Assembly (NCBI GenBank): GCA_031552845.1 | Contig: JAVBMC010000027.1 | Location: forward strand, 6,073-70,072 | Source: Kiritimatiellia bacterium | Lineage (GTDB): Bacteria > Verrucomicrobiota > Kiritimatiellia > RFP12 > DVOR01 | Direction: 5' to 3' | Length of the DNA: 64,000 nucleotides | Shown: positions 8,439 through 19,164 of the stretch, piece after piece | How the letters are laid out: each line of letters opens with the position of its first letter | How positions within the stretch are numbered: position 1 is the first letter of the stretch | The notes under the pieces: generated by a model | Seen by the model: the letters and a program-made list of their open reading frames with translations, nothing else | What the model was told of the DNA's origin: nothing | The model's database searches: none | Translations under genes and position numbers: made by a program

Positions 8439-11400
8439 TTAATAAATCGTAATCAACGGCTTAGTGCCGCCCACTATTAACACACCGCCACCAGATGAGT
8501 CCGATAACGATGCAGGCAGATCGGCCGCTGTATATTGTCCTAACCCAAGCTTTGTTCCATTGACGAATGCCGACACTGCCCGCAATCTTTTACCCGCAAG
8601 ATCGAGCTTGGTGTTTTCATTGATAACAAGGCGTTCCAATGCAAAGCCCACCGTCAATTCGGCGATTGCCCTATTTTCTAAGACAAGCGTTGCATAGACT
8701 AAGGAGTTTGGAGTATCCCCTCCAACACCGAGTGCCGGCACTGGTGTCGTGAGAGGATTATTGGCATTGTTATCATTGCGGATGATGATCGTGCCCGCTC
8801 TTTCCTGTTGATTACCCGCCTGCAGGTAAATGGTCCCGGCAGAGGAACTGCCGGTTGCATAGCTGGAACTTTGAGAACGGGTACGCCCATTGGCAACAAA
8901 GGTCGGCACATCGCTGCCTTCAAACGTAGCTTCCGGATGCGTCAGGCGGATGGCTATACGCCCCCCCGCCGAAGCGCCGAGGTAGTTACCGGAGTATGCT
9001 AAGCTACCCATAACCGTCATGGAGCCCTTGCCGACAAGCCGACCTGCCGTGATATTGATTGAACCGGCAGAGCCGACGCAACGTTCTCCAGATACTCCTG
9101 CAGTACTGTTGTCCGCTGCCCCGCGGGCTGAAGCAATGCCATCAAGTTGCAAGGTGCCGGTGACGGTTGCCTTGATCAAGCCGCCTGCATAGGATGATGC
9201 ATCCCATGATGCGCCATACATCAAAGGATTAAAGACTGAGTCATAAGTAATGGCCGAAGCCTTGGTATAACCGGACCGCCCACCATGTGCTGCGCCCCCA
9301 TAGGTCGTATTGGGCAGCGTATGCAAAGCCTCTTCGACCGACAGGCAGCTGGTTGCATCTACATACAAATCGCCGTGGACGGTAATGTCTACCGTTCCAA
9401 CGCCTGCGGCGAATGTTTGATATGTTTTTGGCAGACCGATACCGCCGCTTTCAACAACATCAACATCACCGTTAAAACTATAGGCACCTGCAGGATTAAA
9501 CATCCACCCCGAACGAATGGTCTGTTTGCCGGGCGGCAATTGCAGCACGCCACCCTCTTCCACCCGGATGCTGCACATGCGGGCAGAATCCAGCGAACGT
9601 ACCGATGCAAGACCGTTTGGCAAGGACAGCGTTGTCCCCGCCGGAACAGCAAGCCGTCCAACGCCACCGAGGATGACCGAATCAAACGTCCATGTCTCCC
9701 CTGGCATCACCGGCGTCAGCCCGGCCACGCCTCCCGGAGGATAAATCCCCGTGCCATAGTTGCGACTATTCAAAGGCGAGTTGACCACAAGCGTACCATA
9801 AGTCTGCGCACTTGACTTCAGGAATACCGTTCCCGCACCGGAAGATATTGTACTGGAGGCACTGACACCCTCACCATATGCCGTAATTTTCTCCACCGGC
9901 ATCGTAAGGTCTTCAACTGTATAAACGGCAATTCGGCCTCCTGATCCTGCACCGGAGGGTCCGTCAGTCTTGCCTCCACGTGCGCCGTCAGCACTGATAG
10001 TCCCCGCGCCCGAGACTGATTTGGCGTTAATCCATACCGACCCGCCAGGCGCTGCAGCGTACGAAGAACCTCCTCCATTTGAATCGGAATCGATACTGCC
10101 ATCTACCACCAAATCCCCCGCAACACTCAGCCGCACCGCGCCGCCCGCATAAAAATATTGTGAACCAAGGTATACCCACTGTGCACAATCTACAGGTTCC
10201 AACATGCTGCCAAAAGCAGAAGTGCGTGTCTCTTTCTCACAATACGCATAACCGCCATATGCGGCTAGATAAGGTCCTTGGCCATTGGTCGGATTCCCCT
10301 TTCGGCCATAGCCCTTGGTTGAAATCTTGGCGTTGCTCCCTACCGTCACATTGCCTCCCACCTCAACATAAAGGCGATAGGTGTTATCCGTAAAAGCCCT
10401 GTTGCTCATATGCGTCCAAACGCCGCCTTGCAAGTTCACATCACCCGTTACATTGAACTGCGTGAACGTTGCCCCGTCAACAGTAGGATACTGTGTGGCA
10501 AACACCACCGTGCCGGTAAACGATGATTGCTGATTCCATTCCGCCACCGTATCAGACAGCCCATTGACGCCCGCATTCCACACCAAGGAAGTGCACGGAG
10601 AATAGCCGCTCAGCCAAATCTTGTCTGTTGCCGCCGGAACCCGGCCAAAGCTCCACCCGTTCGCATCAGAGGCATCTCCCGTCAGCTCTTGCGAAATCCA
10701 GATATTATAATCGGCAGGATAGTCAAAATTATGAACAGTCACCTCGACAGCATCACCAGCAATAAAATAGGGACCTTCCATCAAGGCAACAGCTAATGTT
10801 GTGTCGTTTTGACTGTTACCATCAATAAGAGGTTCAACCTGTATCAACGCCGAAGTCTCGCCGGCAGGAATTGTGACTGTCCCAACAGGCGCAGCGTAAT
10901 TCACTCCCTCCACAGCCGTCAACCCCGTAAAACTGTAAGTCACGCTGATCGCGCCACTGGCATTGGAGCGGCAAACCTGAACAGTCCCCGGTATTAATCC
11001 TTCTTCTTGGGCATCATTCACCCACTCCAGCCACACGTCTCCGGTATAAATGGTGCCTGCAAATTGCGTATCCTCCAGAATACCCTCCCGTGCTACAACC
11101 GTCACATTGTACGTCATATCGCTCTCCAGTCCCTCAAGAGCTCCGGTATAAGGCACGCCGGGAACAGCAGATGCCGTAATCTGACTTGTAATAACGGTTC
11201 CATCCTCAGCCTTGACAAGTGCCACCAATTCCCCCGTTCCTGCTGCCAACGTAGCGGTAACAAAGAAGCCGTCTGCATCTTTATTCACCGTCGCACTATC
11301 CAAGCGAAGTGCCTCCACGCCGGTTGGCAATACATCGAGCAATGATGTCGCAATCATAAACTCGTCAAAGTTTACAAGTTTATTTGCAGTGAGATAAACT

Positions 11401-12248
11401 CCACCAAAAATCGCATACGACAAGGTTGCCCCGCTTCCCAACAACTCACTTTCGGCAATCCCCTCCGTTCCAACGGTAGCGGCGTAGGGTGCGGTACCGG
11501 CCACGTAGTCAGCTGTCGGAATCGCAAATGCACGAACCCTCTCTTTTCCACCCGCGCCGGCAGCAATCTTGATTTCGGCTACACACAGATAAGTCGTACT
11601 GCCCTGTGCATTCGGTACCAGCACATAATCCGGATGATCCTTCACCCGCAATACGACAGCAAACCCACTGCCAGTGGCATCTTTCTTAAATGCAAAATAG
11701 AGGCCATCTCTTGTCAGGTTATAACCGGATCCATCTGCCAAGGTGTCGTTGTCTGCTCCACCATTCGTTGCACTGGGCTTAGTCTGTCCTAGGCCGACAC
11801 CGTGATAACAGTTTGCCTTCAAAGCCCCAGACGCACCGGTTTCGGAACGAATTAAAACACGCACATACAACGTCCCCGCATCTACAGGCAATACGTCGGT
11901 CTCTAATGCACGATACTGCAAACGGCCATTGGACTCCAGATTTGAGCTGGCCGTTTTTAAACCCCAAGAACCGCCAATCGCCGTCGCGGTAAAACAATCC
12001 GGATAACTCAACCCTTCCGAAAAAGCCTTGACCGTGCCAGTGCCGGTATTTAAAAACTTACCGGTAAAACCAATCATGCTACTATCAGTTATAGATGCAT
12101 ACACCGCAAGATTCGACCCTGCGGCGATCGGCGTTCCATAAGCACTATCGCTTAACGGCACGCCATCATACACCAGTACATCAGCAGAAGCTGCAAATAC
12201 CGCACACAGAGCCACAAGAAGAGCCCCCACTACTCTTTTTACTTTCAT
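8439..12248 (-). CDS. Giant secreted Calx-beta-domain surface protein (beta-helix-like, Gly/Thr/Ser-rich)
   Basis: The ORF track gives 8439..12275. The likely start is the ATG at 12248 (MKVKRVVGALLVALCAVFAASA signal peptide, GGAG upstream). A Calx-beta segment is present: SVTYSFTGLTAVEGVNYAAPVGTVTIPAGETSALIQVEPLIDGNSQNDTTLAVAL. The rest is long, low-charge, G/T/S/A-rich repeat sequence. Confidence 0.65.
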   Translation of the reverse strand: MKVKRVVGALLVALCAVFAASADVLVYDGVPLSDSAYGTPIAAGSNLAVYASITDSSMIGFTGKFLNTGTGTVKAFSEGLSYPDCFTATAIGGSWGLKTASSNLESNGRLQYRALETDVLPVDAGTLYVRVLIRSETGASGALKANCYHGVGLGQTKPSATNGGADNDTLADGSGYNLTRDGLYFAFKKDATGSGFAVVLRVKDHPDYVLVPNAQGSTTYLCVAEIKIAAGAGGKERVRAFAIPTADYVAGTAPYAATVGTEGIAESELLGSGATLSYAIFGGVYLTANKLVNFDEFMIATSLLDVLPTGVEALRLDSATVNKDADGFFVTATLAAGTGELVALVKAEDGTVITSQITASAVPGVPYTGALEGLESDMTYNVTVVAREGILEDTQFAGTIYTGDVWLEWVNDAQEEGLIPGTVQVCRSNASGAISVTYSFTGLTAVEGVNYAAPVGTVTIPAGETSALIQVEPLIDGNSQNDTTLAVALMEGPYFIAGDAVEVTVHNFDYPADYNIWISQELTGDASDANGWSFGRVPAATDKIWLSGYSPCTSLVWNAGVNGLSDTVAEWNQQSSFTGTVVFATQYPTVDGATFTQFNVTGDVNLQGGVWTHMSNRAFTDNTYRLYVEVGGNVTVGSNAKISTKGYGRKGNPTNGQGPYLAAYGGYAYCEKETRTSAFGSMLEPVDCAQWVYLGSQYFYAGGAVRLSVAGDLVVDGSIDSDSNGGGSSYAAAPGGSVWINAKSVSGAGTISADGARGGKTDGPSGAGSGGRIAVYTVEDLTMPVEKITAYGEGVSASSTISSGAGTVFLKSSAQTYGTLVVNSPLNSRNYGTGIYPPGGVAGLTPVMPGETWTFDSVILGGVGRLAVPAGTTLSLPNGLASVRSLDSARMCSIRVEEGGVLQLPPGKQTIRSGWMFNPAGAYSFNGDVDVVESGGIGLPKTYQTFAAGVGTVDITVHGDLYVDATSCLSVEEALHTLPNTTYGGAAHGGRSGYTKASAITYDSVFNPLMYGASWDASSYAGGLIKATVTGTLQLDGIASARGAADNSTAGVSGERCVGSAGSINITAGRLVGKGSMTVMGSLAYSGNYLGASAGGRIAIRLTHPEATFEGSDVPTFVANGRTRSQSSSYATGSSSAGTIYLQAGNQQERAGTIIIRNDNNANNPLTTPVPALGVGGDTPNSLVYATLVLENRAIAELTVGFALERLVINENTKLDLAGKRLRAVSAFVNGTKLGLGQYTAADLPASLSDSSGGGVLIVGGTKPLITIY

Positions 12249-12529
12249 CGTAATCACATCACTCCATTTCAGCACCCACTCGACTTCAACTTATGTTACC
12301 AATAACATTTCATCTGACGAGTTCTTCACGTACTCTGTATTCTATCACATTTTGCACTCCTTGGCAAGAGGGGCATGCATGTTTCGCCCAAATATCGACG
12401 AAATGTCTCTTTTAAGGCCTCGGAGAGCTGATAAAAATGAGCGGTCTGGGACTTGATGTCTTTTGGAAACAGAGGAAAAGACAATGCGGCCGGAGAAAAC
12501 ACACCCGTCGATCAGACGCCCGTCTTGAT

Positions 12530-12910
12530 TTAGCGGACGATGAGGCGCCACAGGTGGGGGAGAAATATAGCGGCTCCCGCGCCAATGGTGGCCAACGCGC
12601 AGATGAGCACTGCAGCGGCGGCAATATCTTTGACTTCACCGGCGATGGGGTGCCACTCCGGCGAGACTAAATCTACGAGGCGTTCTAGGGCTGTGTTGAT
12701 GGCTTCAGCCGCGAGCACGAGTCCGAAGCAGAGCGCCAGAATCGCCCACTCCCAGCGGGCAATTCCAAAAAACAATCCCGCTGCAGTACAGAGGACTGCG
12801 GCGGTGATATGGATCCACGCGTTCGGCTCGCGCCGGACGAAGCTGTAGACGCCCTTGAGCGCAAAGCCGAAGCTTCGCAAACGGCTTGCAATCTTGAGCG
12901 TCTTTAGCAT
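12530..12910 (-). CDS. dgkA: Diacylglycerol kinase / undecaprenol kinase family (DgkA)
   Basis: 126 aa with 3 TM helices. It has the AAEAINTALERLVD motif of prokaryotic DgkA. Confidence 0.75.
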   Translation of the reverse strand: MLKTLKIASRLRSFGFALKGVYSFVRREPNAWIHITAAVLCTAAGLFFGIARWEWAILALCFGLVLAAEAINTALERLVDLVSPEWHPIAGEVKDIAAAAVLICALATIGAGAAIFLPHLWRLIVR

Positions 12911-12913
12911 GGT

Positions 12914-15328
12914 TTACCGGTAGTGGAATTGTGCTGTTGCTACGCAGTCGGCATCCGCCGTGACGCGTGCCCAGTAGGCGGCGAACTCGCGCGGGAACAG
13001 ATAGGTCGCAGGCTGTCCCGGCTGGAGCGTGAACTGCTTATAAGCCACCCATGTGCCCTGCCCGCTGATATCCAGCTCAAGCGTGACGGTCGTGACTTTG
13101 TCCGCCACGAGGAGCAGCTGTTTCTGGTCAAACCCGGTCATCAGGTACGGATCCGAGGGCTTGCCCTTCTTCACTTGCGTATCCTGCCACGGACCGCCCT
13201 CGCCGCGCGGCTTGCCAAATGCCCACAAGTCATCCACTGTGCCGACCCACACACCGCACTTGCCGTCAGCCGAGCGGATGATACGGTCATTCTGAGTCTC
13301 GGCATCCACGCCGCTCATTACCAGCAATCCGCGATAAGAGGCATAGTCATGGATGTTGCGGTTATGCGTTGCCACAGGACGCACCTTGATAAATCCGCCG
13401 GAGTTCTCCGCCGGCAGTTCGTAGAAGATGCCGCCCGCGTTGAACAAATCACGCTCGGTGCAGACTTCGCGGCAGATACGCCCCGCCACCGTCATGCCCG
13501 GCTTGCCACGCGGAATACGCCAACGGCCCTTCTCGTCTTCATAAATCAACGACGCCGCATCAGCAGTGATGATGTTCTGCGGAATTGGCGCTGCCGTGCG
13601 TACCGCCACAGCGGCCTCGGCGGCATTTTCCACCGGCACAAGCTTCAGGTCGCCCGTCAGCTCGTAGCAGGTCTTCTCATCCGGGGCGATGCGGATCGCC
13701 TTGGTGTTCATCTTATTGATGTGCAGCAGTCCCTTGCTGAACGGCTCTTCCTTCGCCAACCCATCAAACATCGGATGCGCCGCATCGCCACGACCATCGG
13801 TGTTGGAATAGTGAAAGAACGCGATGACCTTCGGCACATCGGCCTCACTGCGCAGGCGGATCCATGCACCCTTCTCGACCAGCTTAATCGCCTCGCCCCG
13901 TGCAACGGTCATGCGCCGGGCTTCCGTCCAAACGCCATTGCCCTCGCGGTCGACCTCGATCACAAACGTCACAGGCTCCTTGGCACCATGCGTCAGCCAC
14001 AGCTGCTTGCGGTTATAGCCATCCAGCAGATACGCGTCCGAAACCTCGCCCGCCTTCACATCATCCTCCAGCCACACCGCACCGCGGCCGATTGCAGGAC
14101 CGAAACTTCCCAACTGAGCAGGCTCAATGAACCACAAATTCGACTGCGACTGCGCTGGTGCTTGCAGTTTACCCTTCGCCTTACGCACGTTGGTGAACTC
14201 GTTACGCGCGCTGTCGTCACACGCCAACACCAGATTCCGGCCCCAACGGCAGAAGTCCGCCACCACCTTCAAATAGGTCGAACGTGGCGCAATGCCCGCG
14301 CTCTTGCCGGGTGCAAAGTCCGCCGGGAACCGCCAGAACGTCCCATGCATCGTCATCAACAGCTCATCGCTGCCATCAATCTCACGGATACGCGGCCACT
14401 CCGTATGCCAGCCATGCGCGCCATCATATGTATGCGACGCCTTCGGCAGGCGGAAGTATGTCCATACATTGTTCGTGTTGACACCCAAGATCAGCGAACG
14501 GAAATCCCAGCCAACCGCCCAGATCGGATTCTTATCCGGATGCTCGTTGCCATAGATGCCATCACGCGTCGTCACCTCGGTAAACTGATTCCGGCGGATC
14601 AAACGCCAATCCTTCTCGCCATCGTGCCAATCACCCAACGCGCCGCTCGGAATCTCCGGGTTCGTCATCACCTTCGGATGCTGGTCGCCATTGTTCGCAT
14701 ACACCACGCGCCCGAAACCGCTGCACAGCCCCTTGCCATGATACCCCGGCAAATCCGAATTCTGCGCCTGATCAAACCCGACCGGCCGCTCCTTCACCTT
14801 CTTATTGCCATCGCGGATCAGCGTATTCACCGCCAAGCTGCGCACATCCACCTCATACAGCCCCTCCTCCATCGTGGCATAATACACCTTGTCGGCAGGC
14901 GCACTCAAATGCCGCGCATTACCCGTCAACCGCCCCGGCATCACCGCCGGCTTCATCACCCGCACGTTACGCTTCTCATCAATCACATACGGTCCGATCA
15001 ACAGCTGATTCGACTCCCGATGAATCATCCGATTCGCCGGCGTGCCCCCCACGCTCTCCGGACGCACGATCTGCTCCAGGTCAGGCGTAATCTCAAACAG
15101 CTTATCCGTCGACCCCATCGGCTCATGCGGCGCATACGTAATCGCCCACAGACGATCCGCAAACGGCACCACCGCGCCCGTCCCGCACTCATCCTGCAAA
15201 TTATACATCGTCAAATGCGGATAAATTCCGCTCACGCACAACGGCTTCTCCGCCTGAACGCTCCCCGCCCAAACCGCCGCCAACAACCCCAGCGCACCAC
15301 ACCCCACCACCGACATTCTCCCCGCCAT
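12914..15328 (-). CDS. Secreted hypothetical protein (804 aa) with a duplicated ~80-aa C-terminal module
   Basis: Signal peptide MAGRMSVVGCGALGLLAAVWAGSVQA. There is an internal repeat: DAYLLDGYNRKQLWLTHGAKEPVTFVIEVDREGNGVW... versus DPYLMTGFDQKQLLLVADKVTTVTLELDISGQGTW.... The 806-aa Arg-rich ORF on the opposite strand is an antisense artefact of high GC. Confidence 0.6.
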   Translation of the reverse strand: MAGRMSVVGCGALGLLAAVWAGSVQAEKPLCVSGIYPHLTMYNLQDECGTGAVVPFADRLWAITYAPHEPMGSTDKLFEITPDLEQIVRPESVGGTPANRMIHRESNQLLIGPYVIDEKRNVRVMKPAVMPGRLTGNARHLSAPADKVYYATMEEGLYEVDVRSLAVNTLIRDGNKKVKERPVGFDQAQNSDLPGYHGKGLCSGFGRVVYANNGDQHPKVMTNPEIPSGALGDWHDGEKDWRLIRRNQFTEVTTRDGIYGNEHPDKNPIWAVGWDFRSLILGVNTNNVWTYFRLPKASHTYDGAHGWHTEWPRIREIDGSDELLMTMHGTFWRFPADFAPGKSAGIAPRSTYLKVVADFCRWGRNLVLACDDSARNEFTNVRKAKGKLQAPAQSQSNLWFIEPAQLGSFGPAIGRGAVWLEDDVKAGEVSDAYLLDGYNRKQLWLTHGAKEPVTFVIEVDREGNGVWTEARRMTVARGEAIKLVEKGAWIRLRSEADVPKVIAFFHYSNTDGRGDAAHPMFDGLAKEEPFSKGLLHINKMNTKAIRIAPDEKTCYELTGDLKLVPVENAAEAAVAVRTAAPIPQNIITADAASLIYEDEKGRWRIPRGKPGMTVAGRICREVCTERDLFNAGGIFYELPAENSGGFIKVRPVATHNRNIHDYASYRGLLVMSGVDAETQNDRIIRSADGKCGVWVGTVDDLWAFGKPRGEGGPWQDTQVKKGKPSDPYLMTGFDQKQLLLVADKVTTVTLELDISGQGTWVAYKQFTLQPGQPATYLFPREFAAYWARVTADADCVATAQFHYR

Positions 15329-15453
15329 AACAACCTCCTATAATATCAATCGCTCCATTTTACCCAATCCCCGCCCCCGCGTCAATCCAAAACCACCCCA
15401 CCACCCCGCAACTACTCCCACGCGCCTACACGCCGCACCACATTCACAATAAC

Positions 15454-16683
15454 TTACGGAGCTGCCGGGCTCGGCTCCTGCGGCAAGGTTAACTTTTCTT
15501 CGCCTCCGCCAAATCCACCTCGCACGCGCCTCCACGTCCACCATTTATTATTACACCGCCAATACAAACGGGTCGTGAAAAGATCCGGCGTCTGCTGAAG
15601 CAACGGCGCCATCTGCTCCATCGTATAATTAGGCACACCCTCTTTTCTTCTAAAACTCCTTCCCGCAATCAACTGTACCGATTCGTCCGAGACTAATACC
15701 GCCTTTTGCTCCTCTGCCGTACCGCCATACTCCAAAAGCCACCCATCTCCTTCGCGGAACAGCACCGACTCCGCGCTGACGCACGGCAAATCCCCCAACT
15801 CCGACGCCAGCTTTTCCCTCGCAACCTTCAACGCATCCGCCAGCGGGAACACCGGCATCGCTAGGTTATTCAACACAATAAACCGCGCATCATCACCTTC
15901 ACCTTTTCGTGCCCGCTCGACAAACTCCGCCAGCGCCACCTGTTGATTCTTAACACTTGCCCCCTCGGCCCAAGCAAACGTGCCCACCACCAACTCCGCA
16001 AACGATTTCGGGCACAGCGCACTTCGCTTCGACAAGTTAAACAAGAGCGTTACCGACAGCGGACCCTGATCCCCGCACAACTCCAAGACTCCACGTCCAA
16101 AGGCTCCTTCCGCCACCCCTCCATAGCCTCGGCAATCAGGGCCTTCAAAAATATACTGTTCATGTGGAAGACAGCTCACACACTTCAATTTCAACCACGC
16201 CAACCTCCTCATAAACTGCTCATGCGGCAAAAAGAACACCTCCCATAACGAGACAGGCAGAGTTGATTGCATCGCTATCATATCCTTTGCCCCCGTAGAT
16301 ATCGTCCGGTTTAACCCTTTGATGAACACTTCCTCAGCCACCCCGGCACGTGACAACACTACATTAAACTCCGTGCCACGGATTGCCAAATTAAAACACC
16401 AAGAAGAGACATTCGTCGAAGGAACTGCCTGCACCAAATACCACTCTTCCTTCGGGATACAAAATGACGCAAACCCAAGATCAACCCGTTGTAATCCTTC
16501 CAATGACTCCGGTTCGCTCCACGCCACACGCTCCGGCACCGATTTCGTGATACCATCCGAATCCCGCGCCATCTGCTCCACCTTATAAATCCGCCAACCG
16601 CAACGCGCACAACCCCAGAGCAACAAAAACCCAACTATCCCACAGACAACACCCCACCACAAAATCCGCTTAAATTGCCCCAT
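15454..16683 (-). CDS. Hypothetical membrane-anchored protein
   Basis: The ORF track gives 15454..16734 with a TTG start. The plausible ATGs are at 16707 and 16683 (MGQFKRILWWGVVCGIVGFLLLW TM anchor). It lies immediately downstream of the LRR gene (adjacent coordinates), so the two are probably co-transcribed. Confidence 0.5.
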   Translation of the reverse strand: MGQFKRILWWGVVCGIVGFLLLWGCARCGWRIYKVEQMARDSDGITKSVPERVAWSEPESLEGLQRVDLGFASFCIPKEEWYLVQAVPSTNVSSWCFNLAIRGTEFNVVLSRAGVAEEVFIKGLNRTISTGAKDMIAMQSTLPVSLWEVFFLPHEQFMRRLAWLKLKCVSCLPHEQYIFEGPDCRGYGGVAEGAFGRGVLELCGDQGPLSVTLLFNLSKRSALCPKSFAELVVGTFAWAEGASVKNQQVALAEFVERARKGEGDDARFIVLNNLAMPVFPLADALKVAREKLASELGDLPCVSAESVLFREGDGWLLEYGGTAEEQKAVLVSDESVQLIAGRSFRRKEGVPNYTMEQMAPLLQQTPDLFTTRLYWRCNNKWWTWRRVRGGFGGGEEKLTLPQEPSPAAP

Positions 16684-16734
16684 AAAATACCTACGCCTTT
16701 CTTCCATCCCGTCCAATACAAAAGCCCACCGCAA

Positions 16735-19164
16735 CTACTCCCACGAGCGCGCACACCGCACCACATTTGTGATCTTCGCATACGAGTCCGGAAACACCTT
16801 ATTCAAAAGCATCTGCTGCGGAATAACAACAGAGGTAATATTATCACACCCTCCAAATGCATGCTCGCCAATGTTAGTGACACTCGTTGGGATCACCACA
16901 CGCGCCAACCCCTCGCAGCCATAAAACGCCCATGGTTTAATATCCTTAACGCTGGGCGGAATGATTACCTCAGTCAACCCGGAGCAACGCCAAAACGCAT
17001 CCTTCTCAATACTGCTGACACTGTCAGGAATACTATAAGCCCCCTGCTTCTCTTCCGGGTAGTAAAACAAACGGCTGATCGCTTTATCAAACACGATGCC
17101 ATTAATCAACGAATAATGGGGTGTGTTAGGGTCAATTGTAACTACAGTCACATTGCGGCAACCGTTAAACGACCAATCCTCGATCTGCTCAACACTCGCA
17201 GGGATAGAAATGTCGCTTAAGCCCTTGCATTCGGAAAATGCATCATACTCAATGACTTTCACGCCGCCAGGCACTACATACGTACCTTGTTTGGTAGCCG
17301 GACACTTGATCAAGCGGGTGCCGTCTTTAGAAAACAAAACTCCATTTACAGACGCATAGCTTCGACTCTCCGGGTTCACGTAAATAGCCTCCAAGCTGGG
17401 ACATCTGTCAAATGCACGACGAAAAAGGTTAGTCAGAGTTGCCGGGAAAACGACGGTCTTCAACTTCGGACAATAATCAAACGCCACGTACCCAACTGTT
17501 TCAACGCCCTCACCAATCACCACCGACGTCAGATTGGTACATCCCGCAAACGCCAACATCCCCACCTCCCGAACACTTCCGGGAAGCACGATCGAAGTCA
17601 ACTCATGACAGTTTATAAACGCCCCACCCTCAATCTTCCGTACCGGACATCCCCCCAATACAGACGGAACCCTCAACACCCCCGGCGTATTCGTACAAAT
17701 CGCAGGAATACGGTACGCCACCTGTCCTCGTACTTGACGCGGAAAACCAATCGTCGCAACACCATTGCTGATCGAGTAAGAATACGTCACCCCATCCACC
17801 GTCTCCGTCGGCAACACCACAGGCGTGCGGTCGTTCAATCCTCCACAGCAGGATACAATCCTAGCTCCTCTAATTACCGCTTGCCTCTCTTGCCAGACAG
17901 TGACATTCGTAATCGTTTGATAAGAGTCCGGAAACGTCTCTTGCAGGTTCGTCGCACACACTGGAACGACAACCGAGGCGATTTTAAAACATCCGTTAAA
18001 AGCTCTTTTGTGGATGTTAGTAACGGAGGCAGGAATTTCAACCGTGGTGAGATTCTCACACCATGCAAAGGCACTTGCCCGAATCGTGGTCACACCCTTC
18101 GGAATGGTAATGGAAGAAAGGTTGCCGCAGGCACGAAACGCTTCAGTCTCAATTGTATCAATCTTGCTGGAGAACGTCACCGACGTCAAACCGCTGCAAT
18201 ACGCAAACGCTTCCTTGCCAATTTCTTTGACGCTCTCAGGCATGACAACCTCCGTCAAGCCACTATGTCCCTCAAACGCATTTGCGCCAATACTCGTTAC
18301 GCCATCCGGAATTGTGCATTTTCCGAGTCGCCCGGGTGTATAAAAAACCAATCGAGCATCTGCCCGATCAAGCAACATACCATCAACAGCCGAATAGGTG
18401 GCGTTGCTTGAGTCAACGGTGATTGAGCTCAAATTATCACACCTCATAAACGCATTAGACGCAACGTTCTCCACTCCGGCAGGAATCGCGACAGACGTCA
18501 AACGACTATCTTCATAGAAGGCAAGAGTTCCAATCCTTTTAAGACTCTGCGGAAGCGTCACCGAACCCAGCCGCGAACAAAGAGCAAAGGCCATATGTTC
18601 AATTGAACGAACCCCCTCCCCAACAACAATGGAGGTCACGTTGGTGTTTCCGCAAAGCAACCGCTTTCGAATGGTGCCGGCTCCTCCCGTAAGCGTAAGC
18701 TCGGTCAAATTATCACACTTGGTGAAGCTCACAATCTCACACCCACAACTGTTGGTGACACTCTCTGAGATCGTCAAAGCCGTCAAGCCGCGGCAGTTTT
18801 TAAACGTACCATGACAAACCGTATGGACGCTGGATGGAACCACAACCTCTGCCAATCCGTTACACTCGGCAAACGCGCCATCGCCCAGCCGCACCACAGG
18901 CAATCCCCCCAACGTTGTAGGAATATGCAAAACGCCCGACGTGTTCGTGCTAATCGCCGCCTCCGGAGACTCCCCTTCGCGCAACTCACCCCTCCCCATC
19001 ATTACACCGCCATCGACTACACGATAGACATAAGTCACGCCATTCACCGTTTCCATCTGCAACGGCCCCACCTCCGATGTGCACGAAACAACACCAACCG
19101 TCGCACAAGCAATCACAAACAAAGCAATGAAGACACACACATACCCCCATTTACTTTTCCACAT
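16735..19164 (-). CDS. BspA-type leucine-rich-repeat (LRR_5) cell-surface protein, internally duplicated
   Basis: 809 aa with a signal/TM N-terminus. It has many about-23-aa repeats, such as IPDGVTSIGANAFEGHSGLTEVVMPESVKEIGKEAF and CSGLTSVTF..., typical of BspA-like LRRs. Both halves end in FPDSY..ITNV. Confidence 0.7.
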   Translation of the reverse strand: MWKSKWGYVCVFIALFVIACATVGVVSCTSEVGPLQMETVNGVTYVYRVVDGGVMMGRGELREGESPEAAISTNTSGVLHIPTTLGGLPVVRLGDGAFAECNGLAEVVVPSSVHTVCHGTFKNCRGLTALTISESVTNSCGCEIVSFTKCDNLTELTLTGGAGTIRKRLLCGNTNVTSIVVGEGVRSIEHMAFALCSRLGSVTLPQSLKRIGTLAFYEDSRLTSVAIPAGVENVASNAFMRCDNLSSITVDSSNATYSAVDGMLLDRADARLVFYTPGRLGKCTIPDGVTSIGANAFEGHSGLTEVVMPESVKEIGKEAFAYCSGLTSVTFSSKIDTIETEAFRACGNLSSITIPKGVTTIRASAFAWCENLTTVEIPASVTNIHKRAFNGCFKIASVVVPVCATNLQETFPDSYQTITNVTVWQERQAVIRGARIVSCCGGLNDRTPVVLPTETVDGVTYSYSISNGVATIGFPRQVRGQVAYRIPAICTNTPGVLRVPSVLGGCPVRKIEGGAFINCHELTSIVLPGSVREVGMLAFAGCTNLTSVVIGEGVETVGYVAFDYCPKLKTVVFPATLTNLFRRAFDRCPSLEAIYVNPESRSYASVNGVLFSKDGTRLIKCPATKQGTYVVPGGVKVIEYDAFSECKGLSDISIPASVEQIEDWSFNGCRNVTVVTIDPNTPHYSLINGIVFDKAISRLFYYPEEKQGAYSIPDSVSSIEKDAFWRCSGLTEVIIPPSVKDIKPWAFYGCEGLARVVIPTSVTNIGEHAFGGCDNITSVVIPQQMLLNKVFPDSYAKITNVVRCARSWE

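Noticed and set aside
12923-15343. 806-aa ORF on the + strand exactly antisense to the 804-aa gene
   Set aside because: Arg/His/Leu-rich, low-complexity translation (RRRISSDD..., HRRLHHPH...) typical of antisense frames in high-GC DNA. The minus-strand ORF has a signal peptide, an internal repeat and normal composition.
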